From: an uncultured Fibrobacterota bacterium
Lineage (GTDB): Bacteria; Fibrobacterota; OXYB2-FULL-49-7; CAYNYI01
Direction: 5' to 3'
Assembly (NCBI GenBank): GCA_964401455.1
Contig: CAYNYI010000003.1
Coordinates: 1-60,203 of the forward strand
DNA length: 60,203 bases
Shown here: one piece after another, positions 19,802-28,321 of the stretch
Layout of the letters: each line of letters begins with the position of its first letter
Position numbering within the stretch: position 1 is the stretch's first letter
Notes under the pieces: generated by a model
What the model was told of the DNA's origin: nothing
Database searches by the model: none
Seen by the model: the letters and a program-made list of their open reading frames with translations, nothing else
Made by a program: the position numbers and the translations under genes

Positions 19802-20764
19802 TTGAACCTCAAAATAGCTATCTGTATTGCAATATTTCTTCTTTCATCCGTTTGTGTGTCGTCCGGCAAACCGGATGTAAATAATAAGGAAGTCGGACGG
19901 CTTGCGTCGGAATTATTTGGAGGGTTTCATCTGATAATGACAGATATAAAAATAGAAGAAGGTAAAGACAGCCTTTATCAGCTTTCCGCCGATTATACAT
20001 GGGAACTCCCCGGATTTTCCTATAACGCCTATAAAACGTACCTCCAGGAACTTAATAAAACCCTCAGAGCGGGAAAATGGGATTATGATTTCAGTATAAA
20101 CCTTGAAAGAAAGGAATTTCCGGATGCGCCCGCAGAGGTCCCGGATATTCCCATGGTTATACCGGAAAAGAATTTTATCGGCAAACATCTTCTAGACTGC
20201 CATGCAAACTCCGGCACCGTTAGGACGCCGAAATTCTCCATCTTTTCTTTCGAAAAAAAATACAAAGGCGGCAAAACAGAGACTGAAGATGTAACCGGCT
20301 GTTTAGGAAGCGTCAGAAACATCAACCTGATGCGCGCCGGGGGGAAAGCCGATTTTCTGGATCTACGCCAGAGAAAGCAGCTTATGAATTTTGATTTCAA
20401 TGGTGAAAATGCCCCCAGGCTCACATTTATTATGCGCGGACTCGGAAAAAATGACATAAAGAATCTTGAAAAGCTCGTTCTACGGCTCGACAAAAAAAGG
20501 AACTTTAATCTGGCCAAAGCCTGGATTCAGAACCCGAACCAGACACTGGATTATCTTGCCACGCTTTCCAGAGTAGCTGATAAATTTGATCAAGAGACCG
20601 TGACAGCCAGAGCGAAAGCAAAATTGAGAGTTTACAAGACAGAGAAAGAAAAACAGAAACTATTTTCAGAAATTCTTTCATTTTTTCTTTTTATGACAAT
20701 ACCGGGCGCGATATACACATTCTCTACTTACCGAAGATATGGAGAAATTGATGGACAAAAATAA
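19802..20764 (+). CDS. Hypothetical exported protein with a C-terminal TM anchor
   Basis: TTG start with RBS. Signal peptide MNLKIAICIAIFLLSSVCVSS and C-terminal hydrophobic helix FSEILSFFLFMTIPGAIYTF. No motif recognised. Confidence 0.6.
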   Translation: MNLKIAICIAIFLLSSVCVSSGKPDVNNKEVGRLASELFGGFHLIMTDIKIEEGKDSLYQLSADYTWELPGFSYNAYKTYLQELNKTLRAGKWDYDFSINLERKEFPDAPAEVPDIPMVIPEKNFIGKHLLDCHANSGTVRTPKFSIFSFEKKYKGGKTETEDVTGCLGSVRNINLMRAGGKADFLDLRQRKQLMNFDFNGENAPRLTFIMRGLGKNDIKNLEKLVLRLDKKRNFNLAKAWIQNPNQTLDYLATLSRVADKFDQETVTARAKAKLRVYKTEKEKQKLFSEILSFFLFMTIPGAIYTFSTYRRYGEIDGQK

Positions 20765-21506
20765 CAGAAAAAAAGACACATCAAAATTCATAACTGGAAC
20801 CATTTACTTAGTGTTCTTAATGGGAGCTATGAACCTTGGATTCACCGCTTTAATACTTGCCGAATATCTCGGGCAGGACCGCGCCGCGACCTATGAAAGC
20901 TATAACAAAAGTGCTGCCATGCACGCTGATCAAGTCAAGGCGGATATCATGAATAACAAGGAGGTTAAAGATGTCTCGCTGGACAACACTCCCGAGCATA
21001 TTCCTTTCGAAGATTTCACTGAAGAAGACGCGGAACTTTATGTCGGGAGAGTGGTCAGAAAAAGTCTGTTTCAAAGCGCAACCTGGATATTAGGTCTGCC
21101 CTTTTTTATCATAGCTCTTATTTACTATAAAAAGTACTCCTGGATTCCCGAAGAAACTCTGAAATACAGGGAGGCTGTAAACGGTGATTATGATAAATTC
21201 GGAGGCAGGGTGAAAATGTTTATTGATCTTGTTATGAGCAAAAAAATTCCGTTTTATTATATCTCTCATCAGGTGAACGGTTATGAAGTACGGCGGGAGC
21301 CCGACGCCGGAATGAACATTGCCATGGTTTTTATTTTCAAGTTTGTATTACCGTTAATGATTGTCGCCATCGGAGTAATGCTGACTATCATGCTTTTCCC
21401 CTATATGATTCATAGAGCTTATTACACTAACTATCTTTATCCGGAAAAAGAGCTTGAGCTTTGGAAAAAAAGATATGATAAAATGCTCAAAGAGCAGGCC
21501 GCCTGA
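20739..21506 (+). CDS. Hypothetical polytopic membrane protein
   Basis: It overlaps the previous gene by 26 nt and has at least four hydrophobic helices. No motif recognised. Confidence 0.6.
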   Translation: MEKLMDKNNRKKDTSKFITGTIYLVFLMGAMNLGFTALILAEYLGQDRAATYESYNKSAAMHADQVKADIMNNKEVKDVSLDNTPEHIPFEDFTEEDAELYVGRVVRKSLFQSATWILGLPFFIIALIYYKKYSWIPEETLKYREAVNGDYDKFGGRVKMFIDLVMSKKIPFYYISHQVNGYEVRREPDAGMNIAMVFIFKFVLPLMIVAIGVMLTIMLFPYMIHRAYYTNYLYPEKELELWKKRYDKMLKEQAA

Positions 21507-21524
21507 TTTAACAAGGATTAAATT

Positions 21525-22187
21525 ATGAAAACAATTATAAGTGTCCTGACATTATTACTAACCGCCATGCCTGCCCTGCCCCAGAGGAACCCCGATCTCC
21601 CACTAAGAGAAAACGGAAAGTGGTATTATAAACTGGACAATAATAAATACGGGCCATACACCTGGGTTAGTGAGCTATATAGAAACAATGAAAATTGGCT
21701 TTTTATTTCCGAGAATAAAAAAGATAATAAATCAGAATATTATTCCCATACAAATATGGGCGGAAAAAACTCATACGGCCCTTATGATTACATAAACTAC
21801 CGTATAGCCGGAATATCCCCCGGAGGCAAACATTTTTATTTTATGGGATTTAAGGGTAACAAGGAAACGAGTGATCAGAAATATTTCTTTATTATAGACG
21901 GCGAGTCTTATGGACCTTATACAAGTTTAACCCGCAAAATAAAATTCTTCTGTGATGATGAGATATGGTGCTTCAAGGCTGTACGGGACGGAAACTTCAG
22001 AGACCGGTGGCACACCGGAGGTAAAGAACGCCTGTATATTATGGGAAAGGAATATGATATTCTGACCAAACCCGCCGGATTCTGGGTGGAATCCGCGAAA
22101 AAACTTTCCAATACCAGGTATGAAATTAAAGTCAAAGTGGATGTCGGGAGCCGCAGCACAATCAAGACTGTTTATTACGGAGAATAA
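21525..22187 (+). CDS. Hypothetical secreted protein with three YGPY-containing repeats
   Basis: Signal peptide MKTIISVLTLLLTAMPALP. Repeats: NKYGPYTWV, NSYGPYDYI and ESYGPYTSL. Confidence 0.6.
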   Translation: MKTIISVLTLLLTAMPALPQRNPDLPLRENGKWYYKLDNNKYGPYTWVSELYRNNENWLFISENKKDNKSEYYSHTNMGGKNSYGPYDYINYRIAGISPGGKHFYFMGFKGNKETSDQKYFFIIDGESYGPYTSLTRKIKFFCDDEIWCFKAVRDGNFRDRWHTGGKERLYIMGKEYDILTKPAGFWVESAKKLSNTRYEIKVKVDVGSRSTIKTVYYGE

Positions 22188-22490
22188 GCGTCCGCTTTTC
22201 TGTTATTGCTTACATTTACGCCGCACTCTACAATAACTGGATAAATATCGATATCCACCTCCGTTTTCTGGCCGTTATAGTTTAAACAAACAAAGCCCCC
22301 CCTGCGGGCACACATGATCTTCTTTTAATCCTTTTCTCATTGCGGTTATACTGCAATTTTTTGTAAATTATTTGTTTAGAATAGATATTACAAACTTTCC
22401 AGTCTTCAGGGGATAGTTAAACTTTCACAAGGTTATGTATTGTATTAAACAATTATCAAATTATTAAAGATCAGAGATAAGGTAAAAATT

Positions 22491-22724
22491 ATGGCAAAAC
22501 ATTCCGCTCTCAAAATCGTTAACCCCCTGCTCGGCCTTCTTATAATCAACCAGGCCTTAACAGGCATTTTTCATCTGTACCTGTCCATCCGAACGTTTAC
22601 AATAATGCACGAATGGGGCCGGTTGCTCCTCTCTACTATGGTCATCGTGCATGTCGTGCTTAATTGGAGCTGGGTGAAGGCTCAATTCCGGCAGAAAAGG
22701 AAAGATCGTACCATTGAAAAATGA
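22491..22724 (+). CDS. Small two-helix membrane protein, DUF4405-like
   Basis: Two hydrophobic helices with conserved His residues and a HVVLNWSWV motif typical of DUF4405. Confidence 0.5.
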   Translation: MAKHSALKIVNPLLGLLIINQALTGIFHLYLSIRTFTIMHEWGRLLLSTMVIVHVVLNWSWVKAQFRQKRKDRTIEK

Positions 22725-22770
22725 GGCAGATATAATATATAATCAAAACAGCACAAAATGGAGGTAAACC

Positions 22771-23079
22771 TTGAAAAAATGGATAGTTCTCATTGTTTTT
22801 ACATTATTGGCATGCGCGGGTTGCGGCCGTCGGGAAGTAATGGTTGAATCCGGAACATACGAAGGGTCTGTTCTAAAAGTAAACCCGGATGAGAAAGAAA
22901 TTTATGTTTCCCTTGATAAGAAACGTGTACTTGAGCTTTATTTCTCGGAAAAGACAACCGTATCGCGCGGAGAAGAAAAGACCTCGTTTGATACTTTGGA
23001 GAAAGGCCATTCTGTCCGTGTAGAAGTAGAGAAAACTGATGAGGGAATGGTCCCGCTGAGAGTCATAATATTGGATTAA
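22771..23079 (+). CDS. Small lipoprotein
   Basis: TTG start. Lipobox-like LLACAGC at the end of the signal peptide. Confidence 0.6.
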   Translation: MKKWIVLIVFTLLACAGCGRREVMVESGTYEGSVLKVNPDEKEIYVSLDKKRVLELYFSEKTTVSRGEEKTSFDTLEKGHSVRVEVEKTDEGMVPLRVIILD

Positions 23080-23130
23080 TAGTTACCATAATAATCGCAT
23101 CAATATAAATTTAAAGGGAAAATTTTACAG

Positions 23131-23391
23131 ATGAATGAAAAACATTTTATAATCGTGGTCGTGAATATGCGGAAGAAAGAAGCCGTTACCGTCCAGAAAA
23201 TACTCACAGAGTGGGGATGCTTAATAAAGACACGCCTTGGGCTCCATGAAGGTATTCTTGAGAACTGTTCGGAAACCGGTACAATTTTTCTCGAGACTGT
23301 CGGTAAGACCGAACAGATAGAAGAACTTGCAAGGAAGCTGAATCTTCTGTCCGGAGTCAATGCTGAACATGTTACGGTAAAAACAAACTGA
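23131..23391 (+). CDS. Small ACT-like protein resembling the TM1266 family (putative iron-only hydrogenase system regulator)
   Basis: 86 aa. The pattern EKHFIIVVV..R...A..VQKIL......I..RLGL ...TIFLE......I..L..KL..L.GV....V lines up by eye with Thermotoga TM1266, as recalled from memory. Confidence 0.45.
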   Translation: MNEKHFIIVVVNMRKKEAVTVQKILTEWGCLIKTRLGLHEGILENCSETGTIFLETVGKTEQIEELARKLNLLSGVNAEHVTVKTN

Positions 23392-23393
23392 TT

Positions 23394-24116
23394 TCAGGAT
23401 AAAAGAACAGGCTCCAGAACGGGCCTGACAGCCTCTGCCCACCCCTTATTCGCAAGAGGATTCGCCGGGCTCGGATGAATAATCTTCAAGCATTCAATGT
23501 CCATGCCCGACCGGGAAACGGTTTCCGCCAGCCTTTCGAAAGCGAAATTCCCAATCGCTACCGCACGCTTCGTGCCCAAAATTTCCATATGCCTCCGCAG
23601 AAAATCATCACAGATCGAAAACAGTACGTCTCTTTCGGACTTTCTGAGCTTATCCGGAGTAACATTTTTCCCGGCTTCATCGAATATTCCAAGCGGGCAG
23701 TAATTATATACAAAATTATTTTTAAAAAATTTTTCAGGTGTCCCGAACTCCTCTTTAAAAAAACCCCACAGCCTTTTCCCACTTGGTTCCCGTCTTTTTA
23801 TATCAAAGCCGACTACCGGTCTTTTAGGGTGGACATAAAGAGGCTGGTGCACTTCTCCGGAAATTCCAAGCCAGTTCTTAACCGAGTCTATTTCTCCAAA
23901 AGGAATTCCGGTCTGAAGCATCCCGACAGGGCCGGGGTTCATTCCTATAAATATATTATCAGCCGTTCCTGCGTACTTTTTTATATAATCGCTGTAAGGC
24001 CCGAAAGCATAATCCAGCGGATTGTAAATGTAGAAATTTCCGCCGGACGGAAAAAACGAAGAACAGGCCCTGCTGAATTCAACGGTCAATTTTAGAAGAC
24101 TGTCCTTTACCTCCAT
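23394..24116 (-). CDS. SMUG1-family (family 3) uracil-DNA glycosylase
   Basis: GMNPGPVGMLQTGIPFGE and HPSPANPLANKGW match the two SMUG1 active-site motifs (GMNPGPxGMxQTGxPFG and HPSPxNPxANKGW). Confidence 0.85.
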   Translation of the reverse strand: MEVKDSLLKLTVEFSRACSSFFPSGGNFYIYNPLDYAFGPYSDYIKKYAGTADNIFIGMNPGPVGMLQTGIPFGEIDSVKNWLGISGEVHQPLYVHPKRPVVGFDIKRREPSGKRLWGFFKEEFGTPEKFFKNNFVYNYCPLGIFDEAGKNVTPDKLRKSERDVLFSICDDFLRRHMEILGTKRAVAIGNFAFERLAETVSRSGMDIECLKIIHPSPANPLANKGWAEAVRPVLEPVLLS

Positions 24117-24120
24117 AAAG

Positions 24121-24531
24121 TCATCCTTTATCGATTTCGTCTATGAGACTACCCAATATGCGAAGTCTTTCGCTTATCAATTCATCATCTTTACTGAGGC
24201 ACTTTTCAAAGAGTTCAATATCACCTTCGATTTCCTCATTCTCGGTGCAGACTGCCACATTCATGGCATTTCCCTGTATTCCGATTCTTTCAAGGACCCG
24301 ATACTTGTCATAATCTTTTTCATTTTTCCGGTATCTTTCCATGAATACCTTTTTAGTTTTGCAGATAAGAATAGCCAGATCAAGGACCCGGTGCAGCGGC
24401 ATTTCTTCTGACTGCCTCGACCATTTTTCCCCTGTATGGCGCCAGATTTTGGCCGAGATATCAACCTTCCCCCGGTCGTTCCACTGTGCGAGTCCGAGCG
24501 AAAGCCCCTTTGCATCGGAATTTCCCGCCAA
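24121..24531 (-). CDS. Hypothetical protein; N-terminus has a YdbC/PC4-like motif
   Basis: TTG start. AKGLSLGLAQWNDRGKVDISAKIW resembles the AKGW..ELN.VSWN...PKYDIR.W strand region of YdbC/PC4-like ssDNA binders (from memory, weak). Its stop lies 4 nt before the SMUG1 start. Confidence 0.5.
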   Translation of the reverse strand: MAGNSDAKGLSLGLAQWNDRGKVDISAKIWRHTGEKWSRQSEEMPLHRVLDLAILICKTKKVFMERYRKNEKDYDKYRVLERIGIQGNAMNVAVCTENEEIEGDIELFEKCLSKDDELISERLRILGSLIDEIDKG

Positions 24532-24700
24532 ACGCCGTCAATTTTATCGTATTCTTGGGTTTATGTTTCAAAAAAGCCGGTACATTCATAAAAATGCTTT
24601 CTAAAGGCAGCTATTATTAGCTGAGTGTGCTTATAATTTACTAATATTTTTAATAAAATTCAATTTATTCATAGAACGGCAATAATAAAAATAATAATTA

Positions 24701-24729
24701 TTGACTATAAGAACGGGTAGAAGTATATT
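24701..24729 (+). promoter_or_regulatory. Candidate sigma70-type promoter for the DEAD-box helicase
   Basis: TTGACT (24701-24706), a 17-nt spacer, then TATATT (24724-24729). Confidence 0.45.
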
Positions 24730-24771
24730 AAACTCGCAACGAACCTTATTTTAAATGAAAGAGGCAATCTA

Positions 24772-26016
24772 ATTAAATTCACAGACCTCGGCCTTTCCGC
24801 GCCAATTCTTAAAGCGCTCGAAGAAAAAGGCTACAAGACCCCCTTCCCCGTCCAGTCAGAAACAATACCGGAAATACTAAAAGGCAGCGACATAATGGCC
24901 GCGGCACGCACAGGGACAGGGAAAACCGCCGGTTTCACTTTACCGATTTTACAAACACTCTCAAAAAATGTCCGCCCCCAGTACTGTTCAGTAAGAGCGC
25001 TTATAATAGCGCCAACCCGTGAGCTTGCTTCGCAGACCGCAGACAGTGTCAGGACTTACGGAAAATACATGCCGCTTAAATCCACAGTCGCGTTCGGTGG
25101 ATCGAATATCCGCCCGCAGATTTCCGCACTGAGAAGCGGAATAGATATCCTGACTGCCACACCCGGCAGACTGCTTGATCTTCATAACCGCGGAGCTGTT
25201 AATTTCAGAACGCTTGAGATTCTGGTGCTTGATGAAGCAGACAGAATGCTTGACATGGGATTTATCGGAGATATAAAAAGAATAGTATCAAACCTGCCCG
25301 CAAAAAGGCAAACACTTATGTTCTCGGCAACTTTCTCGAAAGAGATAACAAAACTTGCCGAGACATTTCTGAAAAATCCTGTAAGTATTTCAGTCAGCCC
25401 CCCGAATACCACGGTCGAATCTGTAAAGCAGTCTGCCTACAAGGTAAACAAGAACAGAAAGTCCGACCTCTTGATACAGCTGATAAAGGATAATAACTGG
25501 GAACGCGCGCTGGTATTCAGCAGAACTAAAAGAAGTGCGGACAAACTCGCGCGAAAACTCAAGCAGGCATCAATCCCTTCGGATGCGATCCACGGAGACA
25601 AAAGCCAGTCAGCACGCACAAAGACCCTTTTAAATTTCAAAAGAGGGCGCATGCGAGTTCTTGTCGCTACCGATGTAGCCTCAAGAGGGATTGACATAGC
25701 GGAGCTTCCGCAGGTCGTTAACTATGACATGCCTCATGTACCCGAGGATTATGTCCACCGTATCGGTCGGACCGGCAGAGCCGGAGCCGAGGGAGAAGCA
25801 GTTTCTTTTGTAAGCCCGGAGGAGAACAGCCTTCTGTCCAGCGTCGAGTTTCTGATAAAAAAGAACCTTACCGTAATGGAACACGAGGGATTCGATCCCG
25901 GCGATATAACACCCTTGCGCTCACACAGAAAAGTTAAGCCCCTGAACAGAATGAGAAATTCAACCGGATTCAAAGGCAGAAGAAGAGTTCCGGCAAAAAG
26001 CAGCCGCAGTGGCTGA
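24772..26016 (+). CDS. rhlE: DEAD-box ATP-dependent RNA helicase (RhlE-like, basic C-terminal tail), probable ATT start
   Basis: The Q-motif region (FTDLGLSAPILKALEEKGYKTPFPVQ) lies in frame upstream of the first ATG (24895), which itself sits inside motif I (AAARTGTGKT). DEAD, SAT and HRIGRTGRAG motifs are present. The frame opens after the TAG at 24718-24720 and contains no ATG, GTG or TTG before 24895. ATT at 24772 lies 7 nt after the RBS GAAAGAGG. Confidence 0.85.
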   Translation: MKFTDLGLSAPILKALEEKGYKTPFPVQSETIPEILKGSDIMAAARTGTGKTAGFTLPILQTLSKNVRPQYCSVRALIIAPTRELASQTADSVRTYGKYMPLKSTVAFGGSNIRPQISALRSGIDILTATPGRLLDLHNRGAVNFRTLEILVLDEADRMLDMGFIGDIKRIVSNLPAKRQTLMFSATFSKEITKLAETFLKNPVSISVSPPNTTVESVKQSAYKVNKNRKSDLLIQLIKDNNWERALVFSRTKRSADKLARKLKQASIPSDAIHGDKSQSARTKTLLNFKRGRMRVLVATDVASRGIDIAELPQVVNYDMPHVPEDYVHRIGRTGRAGAEGEAVSFVSPEENSLLSSVEFLIKKNLTVMEHEGFDPGDITPLRSHRKVKPLNRMRNSTGFKGRRRVPAKSSRSG

Positions 26017-26048
26017 TTCCTGAATCAATATTATTCTAATGACACGCT

Positions 26049-26076
26049 GCAGGTTTCGGTTTCTGCCGAAACCTGC
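26049..26076. terminator. 11-bp stem hairpin between convergent genes
   Basis: GCAGGTTTCGG-tttctg-CCGAAACCTGC. The U-tract is weak on both strands. Confidence 0.35.
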
Positions 26077-26232
26077 GACTCTTTGCCGCTCCGGCATTTA
26101 GCAGACTAACACTATCTTTTTTTTCAGAAATCCGCCCCCCGGCTTTTAACCAAACCTTAATAAGAGAAGTTGTGAAAACGGATTTGTCCGGGAAAAATGA
26201 ATAAACATGAAAACAAAATTTCAGAAAGCAGG

Positions 26233-27645
26233 TTATTTTTCGGAAATTTGTTTTTTTTCTACGTGATCTAGAAATTCCAGGTAGTGATGGTTGATCTCTC
26301 CGTATTTTCCGACTATCATTTTAGCGCCGAATCTCACGAGAATCGTGTTAAAATCATACTGAAAGACCCTGCTGAAATTAAAGACAAGCGCGTCAAGAAA
26401 TATATTCAAACCGATTCTTAAACTGTCCGACATAGTGCGTCTGAAAGAATAAAATTTTTTATAAGCTTTAATCACTGCCCGCTGCAGTTTCAGAGGATTC
26501 ATGTTTTTGGGCCGAAACACGATGTACATGCCGTTATAATAATCCCAGTTTTTATGATAAAGTCTTTTCTGTTCTACAAGCATATCGTAGACCTGTGTGC
26601 CGGGAAAGGGTGTAAGGATCATGAACTGGAGTGTATCAATCTCGTGCTTTACCGCGAATTCGAGAGTTCTGTTTATTGTATCTAAAGTATCGTTATCTTC
26701 TCCGAACATAAACATCCCGTGAATATTTATTCCGTATTCATGGAATCTTCTTATTGCGTTCTCAATATCCGATATTGTCTGCGACTTTTTGTATGCTTTT
26801 AATGTTTCCTCTTCTATGGATTCAAATCCTATAAAAACACGTGAACATCCGGCGTCGCGCATTTTTTTCAGAAGTTCCGGCTTCTTTGCCAGATCCGCCC
26901 TTACCTGAGCGGACCAGGTTACAGGAACGTCTTCTTCGAGAAGTTTATCGTAAAGTTCCTCCGCTCTTCTTCTGTTTGCGGTAAGATTATCATCGTAAAA
27001 AAACACATTTCTTGTTTTAAAATGCTTAAGAGCGTTCTTTATCTCCCCTATTATACGGTCAGGGCTCTGTGTTCGGAATTTCTTTCCAAATATTTTTGTA
27101 ACAGTGCAGAAATTACAATCGAACGGGCATCCGCGCGAAGTCATTATCGGAATATAATCCATATTCTCTATGTTTTCCAGAAGCCCGTAATTTATCAGGG
27201 GCAGAGAATCAAGATTCTTGATATGGTTTCCGTATACCAGTTTATCCGTGATCTTTCCTTCGACAAGATCAAGAATTATTTCTTCGGCTTCTCCTGAGAT
27301 AACATGATCCGCCACCTCCAGAAACTCGTCCGAAAGAAGGGACGCGTGTATACCTCCGATCAATATTTTACTTGAGGGATAAAGCTGTCTTAATTGCCTG
27401 GCCAAAAGTTTGGCGCGGTTCGCGCTTACTGTAAGAGAGGTTATGCAGAATATATCAGCGTCAATTTCAAAAGGATCTATTCTTCTACCTAATACATTCT
27501 CATTGAGTATTCTTACATCATACCCGTTATTATGCAGTATGGTTCCAAGATAAAACGGCCCCATTAAAGGCAGTTTCATATAATTGTCAAATACATTGGC
27601 GCTATCGCCCAGCGGTTCTATAAATACAATGTTTTTATTCTTCAT
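26233..27645 (-). CDS. B12-binding-domain radical SAM protein (class B)
   Basis: An N-terminal Rossmann-like cobalamin-binding-type domain (IVFIEP ... DIFCITSLT ... ILIGGIHAS) is followed by SRGCPFDCNFC (CX3CX2C). Confidence 0.85.
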   Translation of the reverse strand: MKNKNIVFIEPLGDSANVFDNYMKLPLMGPFYLGTILHNNGYDVRILNENVLGRRIDPFEIDADIFCITSLTVSANRAKLLARQLRQLYPSSKILIGGIHASLLSDEFLEVADHVISGEAEEIILDLVEGKITDKLVYGNHIKNLDSLPLINYGLLENIENMDYIPIMTSRGCPFDCNFCTVTKIFGKKFRTQSPDRIIGEIKNALKHFKTRNVFFYDDNLTANRRRAEELYDKLLEEDVPVTWSAQVRADLAKKPELLKKMRDAGCSRVFIGFESIEEETLKAYKKSQTISDIENAIRRFHEYGINIHGMFMFGEDNDTLDTINRTLEFAVKHEIDTLQFMILTPFPGTQVYDMLVEQKRLYHKNWDYYNGMYIVFRPKNMNPLKLQRAVIKAYKKFYSFRRTMSDSLRIGLNIFLDALVFNFSRVFQYDFNTILVRFGAKMIVGKYGEINHHYLEFLDHVEKKQISEK

Positions 27646-28123
27646 TACCGGCCTTCTCTGATATCAGTATGCTGATACCTATCAATATAAAAACACTCCA
27701 CCAATATTCGCCTCCCAAAGCGCCGGTAATCAGAAAAACAAAAGAGACCGAAATAAGCAGTAAAGAAAGTAGTATATATTTTTTATGTTTTTTACAAAAA
27801 ATAAAAGCGGCCATAAAGGATATGCCCATAAAAAGAATAAAAAGCGGCCATAAAAAAGACATTGACGACCAGCTGGTAAAATTAAGATAAAGCGCAAACA
27901 GAGAAAAACATACAAGATATACCCCGGGAATCAGATAAAGCGCTTCTCTCCCCCCCCTTTTAATAAAAATACCTGTAAGACCGGCGCCCAGCATTGTCAC
28001 AAGCAGTGGCCAAAGTTTTGAAATAATACGGTATCCTGATATGACATCCAGGGCCGTAAGAAAGCCGACTATTATTAAAAGCAGAGCGAATCTTGTATTA
28101 GAATTCGGAGTTTTATTGGACAT
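27635..28123 (-). CDS. Small polytopic membrane protein (about 5 TM helices)
   Basis: 162 aa, almost entirely hydrophobic helices. Its 3' end overlaps the radical SAM start by 11 nt. Confidence 0.65.
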   Translation of the reverse strand: MSNKTPNSNTRFALLLIIVGFLTALDVISGYRIISKLWPLLVTMLGAGLTGIFIKRGGREALYLIPGVYLVCFSLFALYLNFTSWSSMSFLWPLFILFMGISFMAAFIFCKKHKKYILLSLLLISVSFVFLITGALGGEYWWSVFILIGISILISEKAGNEE

Positions 28124-28321
28124 TTAAGTTTCCCTTTATACAGTTCCGGTTTAACCAATATCTAATGAAAATAAATGATATAATATTTTCATCAGAAAAT
28201 CAAAAAAAAATAAATCGGAATAAATCAGAATATTATACAAAATACAGCAGAAGCCCCCGGAATCCTTAAGAGCGTGTGCCAATGGAGTTTTCTATATCAG
28301 CGCTTTCCGGTTCTGATGTCT

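Noticed and set aside
28262-28283. Sigma-54-like -24 element (TGGCAC on the minus strand) upstream of the membrane-protein/radical-SAM pair
   Set aside because: The expected -12 TTGC element at the correct spacing is missing; the sequence reads CTTAA instead. A single hexamer match is not enough.
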